Source: Haliotis rufescens
Lineage: Eukaryota
NCBI RefSeq assembly: GCF_023055435.1
Contig: NW_025964212.1
Span: forward strand, 1,426,001-1,490,000
Reading direction: 5' to 3'
DNA: 64,000 bases
A model generated the notes under the pieces. That model saw only the letters and a list, made by a program, of their open reading frames with translations, had not been told where the DNA came from and did no database searches. Each line of letters opens with the position of its first letter. Positions within the stretch are counted from its first letter, which is position 1. Below, one piece after another: positions 52,290 to 64,000 of the stretch. Made by a program: the position numbers and the translations under genes.

Positions 52290-53454
52290 TAAGTTAAATT
52301 AGAAGAATACAAACATGTAGATGGTCAGATACCCTTTGCTGTAACGTTTTTGAGAAAACATACTATTCCAGATCAGTTAACAAGCTAGTGCTTTCGAACT
52401 GAGATGTTGGAGCATGGAAAAATAAAGGTTAGATAGGTAGGTGACGAGGCAGGCAATAGCGTCAGTAAAAGTCGGTCGGATTAGCGGTATGACGAATGGC
52501 ACTAATCAGCCTATACAAACACACTGGTCTGAAAAAAACACATTTTGTAAAAATACATATTGACTAACGACTGCTTATTCTGGACAATTTGAGTCGAGTG
52601 AACAGCCTTTTTTTATAGCGCTAACGAGGCGTAAGGGTATTATCTCATGACAGTAGTAACAGGACAATGAAGGGTCTTTAGTCAGCGTAACATGATAGGG
52701 AACATGACGCATTCACCAGACAGACATATGCATTAACCTTTTCCATTTCGTGTGGCAATTAGCCTGGTCTAGACGCACTGTATCTGGTGGAAAAAAAAAG
52801 GTCGGTGACACACTAACGGAAACGTATGTTATTGTGGAAAACGGGAGGCTTGAGCATGTATGCTTCTTTGAGAAGGACATTCTGTGCCTGTTGCACAATG
52901 AAGACTATACTTTGTATTACCACAAGGGTAAAACATGTCCGTGCACAAATGTTTATAGTGTGCACATATCACTTTCAGTTATTGTAGGAATTTGATTGGC
53001 GGATTGTGAACCCGGACCTTTGCAAGACTACTTCCGCTACATTTATATTCAAATAACAAGATATACGGAAAAGCAAGGAAGACACACTACAGTAATTTTA
53101 TTTCTTATTTTATCATCTGAAGTAGTTTAACAGAAAACACTATCTTATTTCAATAAACATATGCAGTTGATTATCTATTTTGACGAACGAAGGCGTGCGT
53201 GTCCAGGATAACAGAAGTATTTGGATGAGGAAAGACTAGAAGTATTACCCCGCAGCTGACCAATATTAACACAAATTACAAATCACAAAACTGCAAAGTT
53301 AGAAAGCATATTATACTCTTAAATGTTGTGAAGAGCACAAAAGATGAACACATTCAGTTTGACATGATTATTTCTTACACTGCCGTACTGGAGTGGTGTC
53401 CACTTCTGCCCAGTAGATAGCGCCGGCTCCGAGTTCCAAATTCACTAAAGTAAG

Positions 53455-53685
53455 GGAGTGAGATGGGTTTATTGCTGCATCGAACATTTTTCCAGTTATC
53501 TCATGTGTGAGCTTAATGTGGAAGAAAGCTATCCAGGTCTCAGAGGTTTACTACCATGGTGAGACCCAAGGTAAGGTTCAGACAAACCTGGAAACATAAT
53601 CGGGTCGAAACTTGTTTGGAACAAATGATCATAGGTTTCTGGCGCACAGCGAATTGTGACGCCTTAGACGACTGCCCCCACCACT
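53455..53685 (-). mobile_element. SINE family C, diverged
   Basis: Contains ACAAACCTGGAAACATAATCGGG and GACGCCTTAGACGACTG. Confidence 0.75.
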
Positions 53686-54659
53686 CCCCTTCATCTTCAC
53701 TAAAAGTTTTTGTCCATGTGCATGATGTGTATGTAGGCAACACCGCACGTTATCATGACGATGCCGATAAATTACGTCCCACCCATCAGGAATTTCACAG
53801 CTAGCATCACGACAGCCTAACATTTGAGCGTGACTTCAACTGGGCTAAATAAGACGACTTAACGGGCCACAGGTACATGTATCTATTGGAAAATCTGATA
53901 AACTGTCGGTGAATCATTTTCGACAGGATATATTTGGTAGTAGTGTGTGTACAAGCTTGCAAGATTAAAGCGATGTTCTTGTGAATCATCAACCTTGACA
54001 TTTTCAGAAGATGAAATTAGTGACAACCTCTGTATGGAATGTTTGAGGACAAACTGGATGAGTCTGTCTGCTACGTATGTACAGTTCCTTACTACGCACT
54101 TGTGCTTAGACAGGGTAACGAGAGTTAACGCCCAAACTAAATTGTTATAAATGAGCGTTATTTACAATCATGATAATTAAGGCGTTACTACGTGATTTGA
54201 CATTAATACGGCCTTTACAACGAAATATATGTTTGTCGTATGCCCTAATAACTGGAGAAACATTTTTTACACCGCCATGACATCCGCTGTTGTTCTGTAA
54301 AAAAATGTTATAAATGTTGTAAAAAATAGAATATTACAATCGCTTCGATTTGATATCAAGTTTATTTCCCTCGTGAAGGAATTTTCACCCAGAGCATCAA
54401 CTTGATATTCTTTTGAAGGGTATGTCATTTAAATATATGTTTCGAACACTGTTAGTCATCTTGTCTCTTTCAAGACAACCCTCATAGAAGTAAGTAGAAG
54501 CGACTTAACCCTTTCTATACCCACAAGTTATCGATTGTGCGATTCCGAGGGTATCATGAGCATGTGTTTATGAATCACCTTGATCAACAGCTCAATAATG
54601 CTTCATTTTTCTGAAGTTTACATCTGAATTTGAGAGTGAAATTCATTCGTACATATTGT

Positions 54660-56380
54660 GAAGTAATCGATTGTGGTATCGATCGAGATGTACAGGACCA
54701 GGATCGGATCGTTCTCTCACCCGAGGTGCGCCCGGCAAATCAAGCTCAGCTATGTCACGTCCTCACCGTACACATCAGGATCGGATATGCCACAAAGATG
54801 CGTTTTGTGTTATTTCCTACTGACGATTCAGGTACCGTATTCATTTGGCATTATCAACGTTCCGGAAAATCAGAACAGACAAGTTGGCTCGGGGGACACC
54901 CTATGCCAGCCGGTGTTGTATCAGCTACTTTGCTCTGGTGATATAGAAACTGGGCAGATTGAAATTTAACAAGCCACTACTAAGCAGACAAACAGTATCA
55001 TCTATGACGACACAGATGCTGACGGAAAAGGTCGACAAGATACAGAATAAGATGCCAGATGTCGACGATGAGCTCGACAGGCTGGAGGCGTTGAGCCGAA
55101 GAGACAATGCTATTTTCTATGAGTGCGAGAAACGTCAGAAAAGTCACCCTTATTATGTAAAGAAAAGATCAGATTACTTGTCAATGACAGCGAAAAGACT
55201 AAAACGTGGGAGAAATCTGACATTATCCTTGGTCGCCGGCTAGGAATCCAGCGTGACAATCTGAGTAAACGACGACCCTCAATAATGTCATATTAAGATA
55301 CTGATGATAAAGTCAAGACTTTTAAAGCCAGGCCTGTACTATTGGAGGGTCGTTTTGGCGTCTCCAACGATCTCACCTTTCGCCATCGTGACCGTCAAAG
55401 GGACTCGAGAGAAGGGGATTAAAAGGGTATTTCAACCAAGGGAAACAGTACGAAACCAACGTGAGAAGGAACAGGCACCAAGCCAATTGGAGACGTGATC
55501 ATTGACCTCCAGGCGTCCGTTCGTACGTGCCGGTCGTCGAATTGATTGACAGCGAACCGACAGCACTTCAACTAGCTTGGACAGCGGCCTTTTCCACAGG
55601 GGCTATATCCACTGGTGAAATTGACAGCACAAGCTCAAGCCGTTAAATTAACACCTTAAAAGAATCAACACTTCTTCGTTTATTAACTTATAACAAAAAC
55701 GGACTCTCCAGCAATCTTTCAAATTGTGACCTTCTAAAATATTTACAAACATTTCACATTGTATGTCGTGTTGTCTAACGATTTACCAAATAGTTGGTAA
55801 CCTTGTTTCAATAGGCTATCGATGTTTTTTGCTCAGTTACACAAACTCAGAAAACCCCAGGCTATCAAAAAATATTCTTAAATATTTTTTTGACATTGTT
55901 CTAGTTTGTGTATATATTCCACCACGTTGATCTACTTATTATGATAATAAACATATAAACATGTGCTTATAGATCAGCTGCGGTTGTTTTTATCTGATTT
56001 ATTACCCGGTGTATCAGACTGTCATATTGTGATGTGTGGAGACACGAACACCCGTTGTGGTAATAAGAATTGCTATGGCGACTTTAACAAAGGCATCATA
56101 AACAATCCATGTGATTCTTACCCAAGAAGGGGCGGTCGGGTAGCCTAGTGGTTAAAGCGTTCGCTCGTCACGCCGAAGACCCAGATTTGATTTCCAGCAT
56201 GGATACAATGTGTGAAGCCCATTTGTTGTTTCCGCCGTGATATTGCTGGAATATTGCTAAAAGAGGCGAAAAACCATACTCACTCACGTTCCCGAGGATA
56301 CCACATCGCCATTTGAGGATGGAACTTCACAAGATACCAGTCTTAACAGATTCGGTCGCACGTTGTTAAACTTATGTGTG
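54660..56380 (+). pseudogene. 5' half of a degenerate LINE: ORF1 (2A-like motif, coiled coil, RRM-like region) plus APE endonuclease
   Basis: SIEMYRTRIGSF; LLCSGDIETG; LDRLEALSRRDNAIFY; FGVSNDLT; LLTYNKNGL; VCVYIPP; IVMCGDTNTR; SQDTSLNRFGRTLLNLC. Confidence 0.85.
56128..56287 (+). mobile_element. SINE family D (tRNA-Asp-like head) inserted in the APE domain
   Basis: GGTAGCCTAGTGGTTAAAGCG A box, CTCGTCACG anticodon-like loop, shared CGCCG tail, (CTCA)n. Confidence 0.85.
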
Positions 56381-57139
56381 AGTGTGAGTTACAATTTAAC
56401 GTCGCAACGGCATTATTTCAGCCATATAGCGACGAGACCAAGTTTAATATGTTAATAATTGAGTCATTTATGCAGAGTAATATTTAAAATCAATTCATGC
56501 ATACTATATTCAAAACCAATTTATGAAACATATTTGAGCATAATAATACAGTTTAAAACACGGGCTATAGGCGTTTACCAAATTTGTATTTATGTAAATC
56601 TCTGTTGAACTCTCATGATGGAAAAACAATTCTGAGGTTAGCACTATTTGTTTACCATGCACTTTGTCGGCGCAAGAATCTTATAGTATCGTGACGTCAC
56701 TTCGGAACATTATTGTGTACACCCACTTTGTAACAGAATCTGCACATATGTATTGTGTGCAGCACGTCTCTAGCTTTGTACTCACTGTTGTTATCTCTTT
56801 GTACTCTTGTTTTCTATATGAGCCGGATGCAGTACAATAAAACACCGTGATCGTGATCGCGAATCATTATCAAATGGTGATGAAACCAGGTGTGCGCGAG
56901 AAGATGAGAAAAACACACTTATGCATTGGACATAACTTTAGTCAATGATCCGTAAAGTTTGGAAAAGAAAGTCCTCCATATTTCTACCATAAAACGTTTT
57001 GAAAGTTTTACTGAGACTTTCATTGTTGTAACTATAATCTTCTATTGTATTCAGATTTATTAATAAGGAAGCTTTACAGAGGCACACAAGTTCATTCGTG
57101 TATGGTACGCACAGGCGGGAGACCGCATGGTCTTGACAT

Positions 57140-57700
57140 TAAGTGATGACATCATACACATATACTATTATCGTAACAACATCACAGTAACCTTGATCAA
57201 ACAACTTTTGAGCAAGAGTCGTTTGATGCTCTTTGAAGTCTTCATGGAAAGAGCATACTCGATTGTACCTAAAAAGATGCCAAATGAGGACACCAAAGTC
57301 TAGAGAAAGTTGATAATAGGAAAGTTGAAAGTCATCCCTCTTGCCATGCACTCTTGTTGCGAGTGTTTCGTCACTCTTAATCTTTATGCATATATCTAAA
57401 TATAAAACACACGGGGCGGCCTCATTGGTCTCCTTTATTTCATGTTCAGGTTGGTTAATTAGTGGAAGGTAATTGGCCACTTGATGGTTACTGAACGACA
57501 TCAAAACATCGATATACCTGAAGCTTAAGTTGAACAAATTTGACAAATTCCCTTTTTCTTTTCAGCAGGAATTCGGATTCATCTGCATAAGGGAACAGAT
57601 ATGCAGTAAGGGGAGCACACTTGGTGCCAATGAGAATGCCTCCTTCTTGCCTAAATGTCTTACCCCCAAATTTTACATATGATGTTACGTCAAAGCCAGA
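57140..57700 (-). pseudogene. Penelope-like reverse transcriptase fragment
   Basis: FGGKTFRQEGGILIGTKCAPL.A.LF, FRYIDV (YIDD position), YLDI.I, TRVHGKRDDF. Confidence 0.85.
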
Positions 57701-57975
57701 GAATAACCAGTCTCGATTATCCGGGATTTTATTGGGCGTAACAGTGAACATTATATGAATAAAATTGAAAATCAGTGATATAATCAAGCGTTCGCGAAAA
57801 GGGTAAGTATGTCCAGCCCTACGGTAGCAGCCGCCACTCAACCAATGTGCATAAAAAGTTAGTGTCTGACGCCGCAAGGCAGGAGGAAATACGTAATCCT
57901 GCAAGGAACTCATCTGTAAGTGTTTTAGAAACAAGGGTAACGGCAAAGTTGTGACGACGGCGATGCAAATCTTAT

Positions 57976-58438
57976 AAGGGTGACGCTAATTTTCAGGGCA
58001 TTATCATTTACAGAAGCCCGAGGTCTTCCATTAACTGCCAGACGAAGGAGGGCGGTTGAAAAGACCGAGGGCTTCTGCAAATGATAATGCCCTGAAAATT
58101 AGCGTTACCGTTATTATAGCTAAAATGGGTGGAATAAGTGCTATGGGTGCTATAAGATAAATAGAAACAACAATATCGGTTTGGAAACATTTACTGCAAT
58201 CAACACGAATGTCACTTACCCATTATTTTCAAATATGGAAACGTCAGAGAACAAACCATATGACGTCACTATTGAACGTGACGTCACCGTTCCCTATCCT
58301 ATGACGTCACCTAACAACGGGCGTGATAATGGCCCGTCGTCAACCAATATGAGGGCACTATCAAGTTACAGTGGCCCACTCATTTTTGATAACATGCGGG
58401 CGGTTGAATGATAATTCTATCCATTTTAGCTGTAATAG
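57976..58438. mobile_element. Foldback/MITE-like element made of two adjacent inverted-repeat domains
   Basis: ~57976-58112 folds into a hairpin with ~55-bp arms. TATAGCTAAAATGGGTGGAAT (~58114) pairs with ATTCTATCCATTTTAGCTGTA (~58414). Confidence 0.75.
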
Positions 58439-59344
58439 TTAAAAAAGGTAATATGGATAGGTGTAAATAGCGGAATGAGACCAAACTGCTTTAACATCAA
58501 GAAAGATAAATACAGCAAAACAAATTATTGGAAAGGGTTCTTCGATCATGTCCAGTTTGTGAGTGTGTGTCGCAATCTGGTGGATCGAAAATGTTATATG
58601 GGATATCATCAGTCAAATCTCAGAAATATTCTTATGATTACTTTATAATTACAAAATAGATATAATTATATTAAAACGGCCTGCACGTTATCAGGCAAAG
58701 TGCGGGCCACTTATATTTCCTCATGCCCTCATTTTGCCTAACGACGCGGCCGTTTAACGTCTATCGACGTGCATCTCATCGACCAGCAGATATTAATCTG
58801 CCGATGAAAACAAAGATGAAAAAGCTTATTATTAACATCGATATTACAAAGATCACACATGAACTTAGAACAGATAAAAAAAAAAATAATAAAGAAGTCT
58901 TTCATTTGAAATGATAACGTCCACCACTGCGTCATTGGCAACACGTTAACTATCAACATTTCACTTGAAAATGAATGGTTGGAAGGCCTTTAAAAGCCAA
59001 TGATTTCCCGAAAAACACAAAACGTCAAAGCCAGAGAACAACCAGTCTCGATTATCAACCGAAAGAGAATCCAAAAGAGCGCAAAAGACAAAATAGCTTT
59101 AAAAACTGTATGAATGGATCAGTGACATCAGTAATGACACCAGGTGTTCGCGAAAAGGGAATGTGTTTGTTGACAGTGCATCCACCATGCGACAGCGACA
59201 AGAACACATTGGTCTCCATAGTTTAAGTTTAATAATACTTTAATTCTCATAATAAATGTCATTGAAACAAACTTCATCATAACAGATTAGTCAAATAAAG
59301 TTAGTATATATGATATATTGATACTGAATGATTTTGAGTCTATG

Positions 59345-59610
59345 GTGAGTGAGTGAGTTGGGTTTAACGCCGCTTTTAACATTATTCCAGTTATATCAGG
59401 GCGTGTCAGCTTTATGTGGGAGGAAAGCCCGTTGCAGGTCTCAGACGTTTACCACTTCGGTAAAAATCCACGAAGTGTTGACAAACCTAGAAACATAATT
59501 TGGGCGAACCGGGATTCGAACCCACAATCACAGATTTCTTGCGTGTCCAAGGGACGCAACTCTGCACAGCGAGTCGCGGCACCTAAGACGACTGGGCCAC
59601 CCGTGCCCCC
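59345..59610 (-). mobile_element. SINE family C with TSD
   Basis: TSD TTTGAGTCTA at ~59333 and 59611. Confidence 0.92.
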
Positions 59611-60800
59611 TTTGAGTCTATATGTTTACTTTAGATTCCTTTGATTTATTTATTATATTTTTTTAATACTTTTCGAAGTTGGCAATTGTTTTAGAGCAAT
59701 AACTGTGTATCTGATATCTCTCCATGGATGGTACATATAGCAGAGATTTGAAAAATAATATATAGCCTAATAACTTATCACTGGCATCTACACAGGAAAC
59801 AAGGGATAAAAGAAAAAAATATCCAGGAATATGTATACACGTAGGCCCATAACAACATGCTTTGTAGTCTTAACAAGTGTTATAATACATTAACTAATTA
59901 GCAAAAACTGTTGAACAATATTTTTTTTTATGAAGACTAAATAATTGAGTAGAAAAATAAACACAAAGGCAATGTTCTATCTCCTCAGACTTATCTGAAT
60001 GTACACATGTTTTGTCTTTGGTATGGTCCTGTCTGACACAGCCCAAAGTTGCATGGCAAGCTTTGCAATAAGTTCCCTTGATCATACACAATAACAAACT
60101 GTGTCCCTCGTGGAAGCCAAATAGACACGGTGTCTCCTGGACATCCTGAAAGTGTTCCCAGACGGGTCGTGTGTTAAACAATAGCTACGAAACGATACTT
60201 CTATCTGAATATTGATCTCTATGCATACACACACGGGGATGAGGATGCTAATCCCCCTTTGCAATTGTCGAATAAGTGCGAGCTTAGTAAATATTGTTTT
60301 TTCTGCTGCTGTCAGCATTATTCTAGTTAACGGCGATCTGTCAATAATCAAGTCTAGACCAGGCAACTCAACTGAAAATATGGACATCGATTCGGGCACC
60401 ATTGGTCACAGAGTCTAACCAACTGATGCCATTACACTGGCGTCCTGCGGCCAGTTTTGGATTTATTCAAACTTTAAATAACTAATAAATTCGAAAGAGC
60501 AAAAAAAGTGTCGTCACGTAAGTGAAGTGAAACAAGTACACATTGTAACTTTAAGTTCTAGTTTAAATCCTCCATCATGCCAACATGAACGCATAAGTCA
60601 TGTTTATAGAAAAGTTAATTGTTCTCCTGAAAAAATAACCAGGAGAGCATATGTTACAAATCAAAACAGGGAATTGTATTGGACATCTATTCTGTACAGA
60701 TGGGTTGTGATGTCCTTACAGTGACAGTGTCACGTGATTCGGCGAAATCGTAGGAGATCTCTTGGACCGGAATACGCACTATTCGATCTAAGCCGTCATC

Positions 60801-61177
60801 TAGCTGAAAACTACGTTTATAACGAACACGCTTTAAACGAACTGTCGGATATGACGAACTTATGTTTTGTCTCGCCCACATTGTATCTATGCTGCACATA
60901 TACTTATAACGAACTACGGTTTAAACGAACTAAACTTAGTGTCCCCTTTGAGTTCGTTATAACCGTAGTTTACCGTATTTGGTCCTGTAAATACAGCCCT
61001 GTTTATAACGAATATGTTTTTAACGAACTGACGGATATGACGAACTTGTGTTCTGTCTCGGCCACTTTGTATCTATGCTGTACATATGCTTATAACGAAC
61101 TACGGTTATAACGAACTAAAATTAGTGGCCCCTTTGAGTTCGTTGTAACCGTAGTTTACTGTATTATGTCCTGTAAA
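60801..61177. mobile_element. Tandemly duplicated pogo/Tigger-type MITE (2 x ~186 bp)
   Basis: Each copy runs ...GTTTATAACGAA to TTCGTT(A/G)TAACCGTAGTTTAC(C/T)GTA and is followed by the same GTCCTGTAAA flank. Confidence 0.8.
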
Positions 61178-62744
61178 TTTCCGACAGTTCACGATACATC
61201 TGCCGCTTTGGATTTATCAATGGATGGACAAGGTTGTGACTTTTGAAATCCATTGGACATTTCTTATAATATATGTTATTTTTTGTTTTTGAAATGAGTA
61301 AGTTGGTCACGATGGCCCAATTAATAAATGTGATTTTGTATTGAGACCAGCTATTTTTTCAGCTCCTGCCTGTAAAACCAGATGTTTCTCATCAAAATTA
61401 TGATACAAAATAATTTGTTTGTTAAAAATCGTCTTGCAAGAAATTATTTAGCTGACAATAATTAGTCTGAAGTACAGTTATCTTTTTCAAGCATTACCTG
61501 AGTTAACTTCATTGTTTTCGATAAAATCTCAGCCTCTACCTCCTCCCTACACATAGAATATCAAATGATCGACCCCTAACCTCAGTGTTGTTTTAATTCG
61601 CCATTGACAGGCACGTAACACGGATCATTAGAAAGGTCTGACAAATTCCGTGACATGTGACGGTTCAATGTTTGTATAAAACCAATCATCAGTGTCTGCG
61701 TGTCGAAATCTCACTTTCTATCTTATTAACACTAGTTTGTTTGTCATCATTGCAACACAGAACTATGACCTCCACGTGAAGTGATTATAGTGCCTCACAT
61801 GTCGTAAATGATTGAAAACTAATTAGTATTGATCGATGGCCTGGTAGCGAAACTCGCTGATAACCACAAGGCTGGTGTGATCATTCGGCACACCAACACT
61901 TTTTGTGGATCAATATTCAATGTAATCAATGCTACATAACATGTTATGCTTGGGTTTATATATACGAGGCTGACAATCGGCCCAACGTACATGTAGGTTG
62001 TGTCGGTCAATTTGAATGTGGACTTGCTGGCCGTTTCAATCAGTGCAGGCCAATTGCCAGACTGTAGGATTAATAAATGATATTTTGTAATGTGACATTT
62101 TCACGATATGCGGCTTTTCCATTGGACGAGAGGTCGGTCACATGACCGCGAAACTGACGTTCATAAGTGTATAAACGACACATTTTGACGTTCAGACGTT
62201 TTTTCACGTCTTCTAGAAATGGCGTGAACACTGACGGTCCACATCTACATTCCTGGGGAAACCTGACATACAGAAGCGTTGTTTCTTTTCATTTGGACCC
62301 TTTAATCATGATTCCAGCGTTTTAGCATAGATTAGGAAACGTCAGAGAGTTTGACTGCATCATTATTTACGAATATACTCGCTATGACCTATCCAAGTGA
62401 ACAAAACGAAGAATTGCACATCCAAACTATCGTAGTATCGATTCGATCAGTGTCTGGACTGACAGTGGCTGTCAACAGCATTCTGTGAATTAACCTTAGT
62501 ATCCATTTGACACATCTTTACAATAACCTTTCCATGATCGGCCAACTGGTCAATGATGACCACCGCTTTTAATCGCCACAGGTTCACCATGGCAAATCAT
62601 AATATAATTAACTGCACCGACCTACCGACTTATTAAAAACATGAGGTGAAGATAGTCAGTAAAGTTTATTTCATGTACAGCGGATTATATATATAGGTAC
62701 CATATATACAGTTGTTGATATATCCATAGATACATACATAACTA

Positions 62745-62968
62745 TGTTTTGTTTGTTTGTTTGTTGTTTTACGCCGCACTCGGCAATATTCCAGCTGTTG
62801 TACGGCGGTCTGTACATAATCGAGTCTGGAACATCATCAGCATCGATCCATGCAATTGGGATACGGCGACATGCATCAACCAGGTCAGCGAGCCTGACCA
62901 CCGGATGCCGTTGGTCGCCTCTTACGACAAGCATAGTCGCCTTTTACGACAAGCATAGTCGCCTTTTA
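62745..62968 (-). mobile_element. SINE-like family A, 5'-truncated
   Basis: Matches the reverse consensus. Confidence 0.85.
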
Positions 62969-63088
62969 CATAACTATGAAGTGTGTAGAGCTGGTTAAAG
63001 AGGCGGGGAATCACCCGCAAGGTGCCGTCCCCGAAAATGGTCTCGACATCATAGAGGTGTTGTATGTTGATGTAAGTTATAATAAAGG

Positions 63089-63138
63089 AAAACAGATGAT
63101 GTAGTTTCACTGGTTAGTGAAACTACATCATCTGTTTT
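63089..63138. repeat. Perfect 23-bp-arm hairpin
   Basis: AAAACAGATGATGTAGTTTCACT-GGTT-AGTGAAACTACATCATCTGTTTT. Confidence 0.95.
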
Positions 63139-63934
63139 ACATTTAGATCCATGCATAAGGATTCAGAGTGACCAAACAGTCTTCACAAAACTGCATGACT
63201 CAGGGACGACCTCAGCCTTCAGCGCCAGCCTTCTGAGGTATGAATAGTGTTGCAGCATTCTAGGCCTTAGTAATTCATTCATGGGTATGAACGAATCACT
63301 GAAATTCAGTGATGACACCAGGTGTTAGCGAAACGGGTTGAAATGTCCTACCCAACCGGTAGCAATTGGGATCTGCAACAAACCCCCGGAAAGGTGTGCA
63401 ATCAATTGGATTGACATTTGTGTCCCCATATGTCTTCACTTTAATATACTATTAGTCTATCATATTTTGTTAAAAAAGGAATAAAACAACAATATAATGG
63501 CAATACATGTAGTACGTTCATAACATTACAAATGTTTCAGGGCGAATATGCGGAAGATGCAAACGAAATTGTTTGTAAAATTACTTCCATCGGAATTGGC
63601 GTTTGGTAAAATCCCATTATGGAAAAGCGCATCCTTCTATTACCTTCATCTGGAAGTGTCATCTCCAATATGAAACATGCATTATACCATGACTCACTGC
63701 AATAATAATCTTTGGGAAATAATTATGATGGATGCAAAATAATTATTTAAAGTTTCTTGCGTTTGTTTTTTAAAGAAGTTGTAAATGTGAACCTGATGTA
63801 AACTCCTTTAAAGTATTATATCATTCAGTTCGATCCAGTTTTGATGCCATAAATAAGTACATGACTTCTTATCTTCAGATTATTTTTTGAGGTTTTACAG
63901 ACCGCACAATATCGCGATAACGAAAACGTCGTTG

Positions 63935-64000
63935 GAGTGAGTGCGTTAGTTTGGTTTAACGCCGCTTTTAACAGTATATCAGTCACATCACGGCGTGACA
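63935..64000 (-). mobile_element. SINE family C tail at the window edge
   Basis: GAGTGAGTG...GGTTTAACGCCGCTTTTAACAGTA...CACGGCGTG. Confidence 0.75.

Noticed and set aside
56666-56885. Solo LTR with a primer-binding site
   Set aside because: AATAAA and a CA-AA-TGG junction are present, but there is no TSD or second LTR, and the TGG belongs to the recurrent motif seen elsewhere.

Overview
AT-rich, repeat-dense animal genomic DNA. The SINE repertoire looks molluscan, possibly gastropod/abalone-like (inference). No intact host protein-coding gene can be supported. The window holds ~35 copies of four SINE-like families that share one 3' stem-loop tail, degenerate LINEs (RT; ORF1+APE with a 2A-like motif), Penelope-like RT fragments, Tc1 and mariner fossils, an ISL2EU/Harbinger-type fossil, several MITE/foldback elements, and a ~20 kb mosaic tandem duplication (four ~5-6 kb units, ~16.4-36.0 kb). 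Most interesting: (i) minimal type-I hammerhead ribozyme motifs in Penelope-type pseudo-LTR elements, with C3-G8/U3-A8 covariation; (ii) a tRNA-headed element that carries the same 3' module and the same inverted/tandem architecture, a candidate Penelope-mobilised SINE; (iii) the most abundant SINE has no Pol III head and instead starts at a fixed G with a compact multi-stem/pseudoknot fold, a candidate self-processing RNA. Coordinates were read by eye and may be off by a few bases.
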